The position numbers and the translations under genes are program-made. The notes below the pieces were generated by a model that saw only the letters and a program-made list of their open reading frames with translations, was not told the DNA's origin and ran no database searches. Shown here in pieces: positions 63,464 through 64,000 of a stretch of 64,000 bases of DNA; position 1 is the stretch's first letter, and each line of letters opens with the position of its first letter. This DNA is from Verrucomicrobiota bacterium (GTDB lineage: Bacteria > Verrucomicrobiota > Verrucomicrobiia > Limisphaerales > UBA9464): NCBI GenBank assembly GCA_947454705.1, contig CANGKZ010000021.1, positions 472 to 64,471 of the forward strand, given 5' to 3'.

Positions 63464-64000
63464 TCAGGAAAAGAGATCGAGCTGCGGGGGCGGAGGAAGT
63501 TCCTGAAGCCGCTCGCGCTTCGGGCTCGTCCGCGTGGCGCGTCGAACCGGAGCCCCACCGGTTGCGGGCACGTCGGAGGGAGCCGGATTGCCGGCGAGTT
63601 GATGCACGTTGAGCTCTGCGTCCTCGAGCACCTGGAGAATCTCCTTGGCCCGATCGATGACCGGAATGGGTACGCCGGCGAGGCGCGCCACCTGGATGCC
63701 GTGGCTCTTGTCGGTGGGGCCGGGGAGGACCTTGCGCAGGAAGATGAGCTGATCGTTCCAATCGCGGACGGCGACGTGGTAATTGCGGACGCGCGGGAGT
63801 TTCGGACCCGCGGCCGGCGCCGCTTCGGAAACCGCAGCCGGGGTGGAACCTGGGGCGATGGGATTGGAGCCGAGCTCGGTGAGTTCGTGGTAGTGCGTGG
63901 CGAAGAGGGTCTTGGCGCCGACCTGTTGGTGCAGGTGTTCGACGATGCTCCAGGCGAGGCTCAATCCATCGAAGGTGCTCGTGCCGCGGCCGATTTCATC
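63464..64000 (-). CDS. mutS: DNA mismatch repair protein MutS (C-terminal part; N-terminus beyond the window)
   Basis: The reverse strand reads ..[44 protein letters not shown].., the MutS ATPase domain V. The C-terminal tail follows to the stop at 63464. Confidence 0.9.
   Translation of the reverse strand, partial: DEIGRGTSTFDGLSLAWSIVEHLHQQVGAKTLFATHYHELTELGSNPIAPGSTPAAVSEAAPAAGPKLPRVRNYHVAVRDWNDQLIFLRKVLPGPTDKSHGIQVARLAGVPIPVIDRAKEILQVLEDAELNVHQLAGNPAPSDVPATGGAPVRRATRTSPKRERLQELPPPPQLDLFS

Overview
High-GC (about 60-62%) chromosomal window. The gene content points to a PVC-group bacterium, most likely Verrucomicrobiota: PSCyt/DUF1553 and DUF1501 proteins, PEP-CTERM proteins with an exosortase, DapL-type lysine synthesis, an RRM RNA-binding protein and a DUF1080 lipoprotein. 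I call about 50 protein genes, 2 tRNAs (Gly-UCC, Val-UAC), several clear rho-independent terminators, and no rRNA, CRISPR array, transposase or integrase. Most of the window is housekeeping: rex, dapL, infA, rpsA, ffh, cysS, proC, prc, mutS. The non-routine items are these. (1) A four-gene exosortase operon in which the exosortase is fused to an EpsI-like domain and is followed by two TPR proteins and a split phospholipase-D/cardiolipin-synthase-like enzyme. (2) A single 1140-aa ORF fusing 2-oxoacid dehydrogenase E1-alpha, E1-beta, a lipoyl domain and a FabH-type KAS III, with no E2 acyltransferase core. (3) A family of intergenic elements built from phased CACGGAT/CACAGAT units at four loci, all just downstream of stop codons. 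(4) A lower-GC accessory stretch at 57.6-62.5 kb. It holds a ~42-47% GC ORFan translationally coupled to a LOG-family gene and bracketed by a 15-nt direct repeat, a PEP-CTERM protein, an orphan LuxR-type response regulator, and a truncated SMI1/KNR4 (SUKH) remnant abutting one of the repeat elements. (5) A ClpX paralogue lacking the zinc finger and IGF loop, a glycoside-hydrolase/GT2 synthase fusion, a RidA/D-amino-acid PLP enzyme/M19 dipeptidase module, and a solo ParA/TraL-like ATPase. All functional calls come from my own reading of the translated ORFs. No database search was run.
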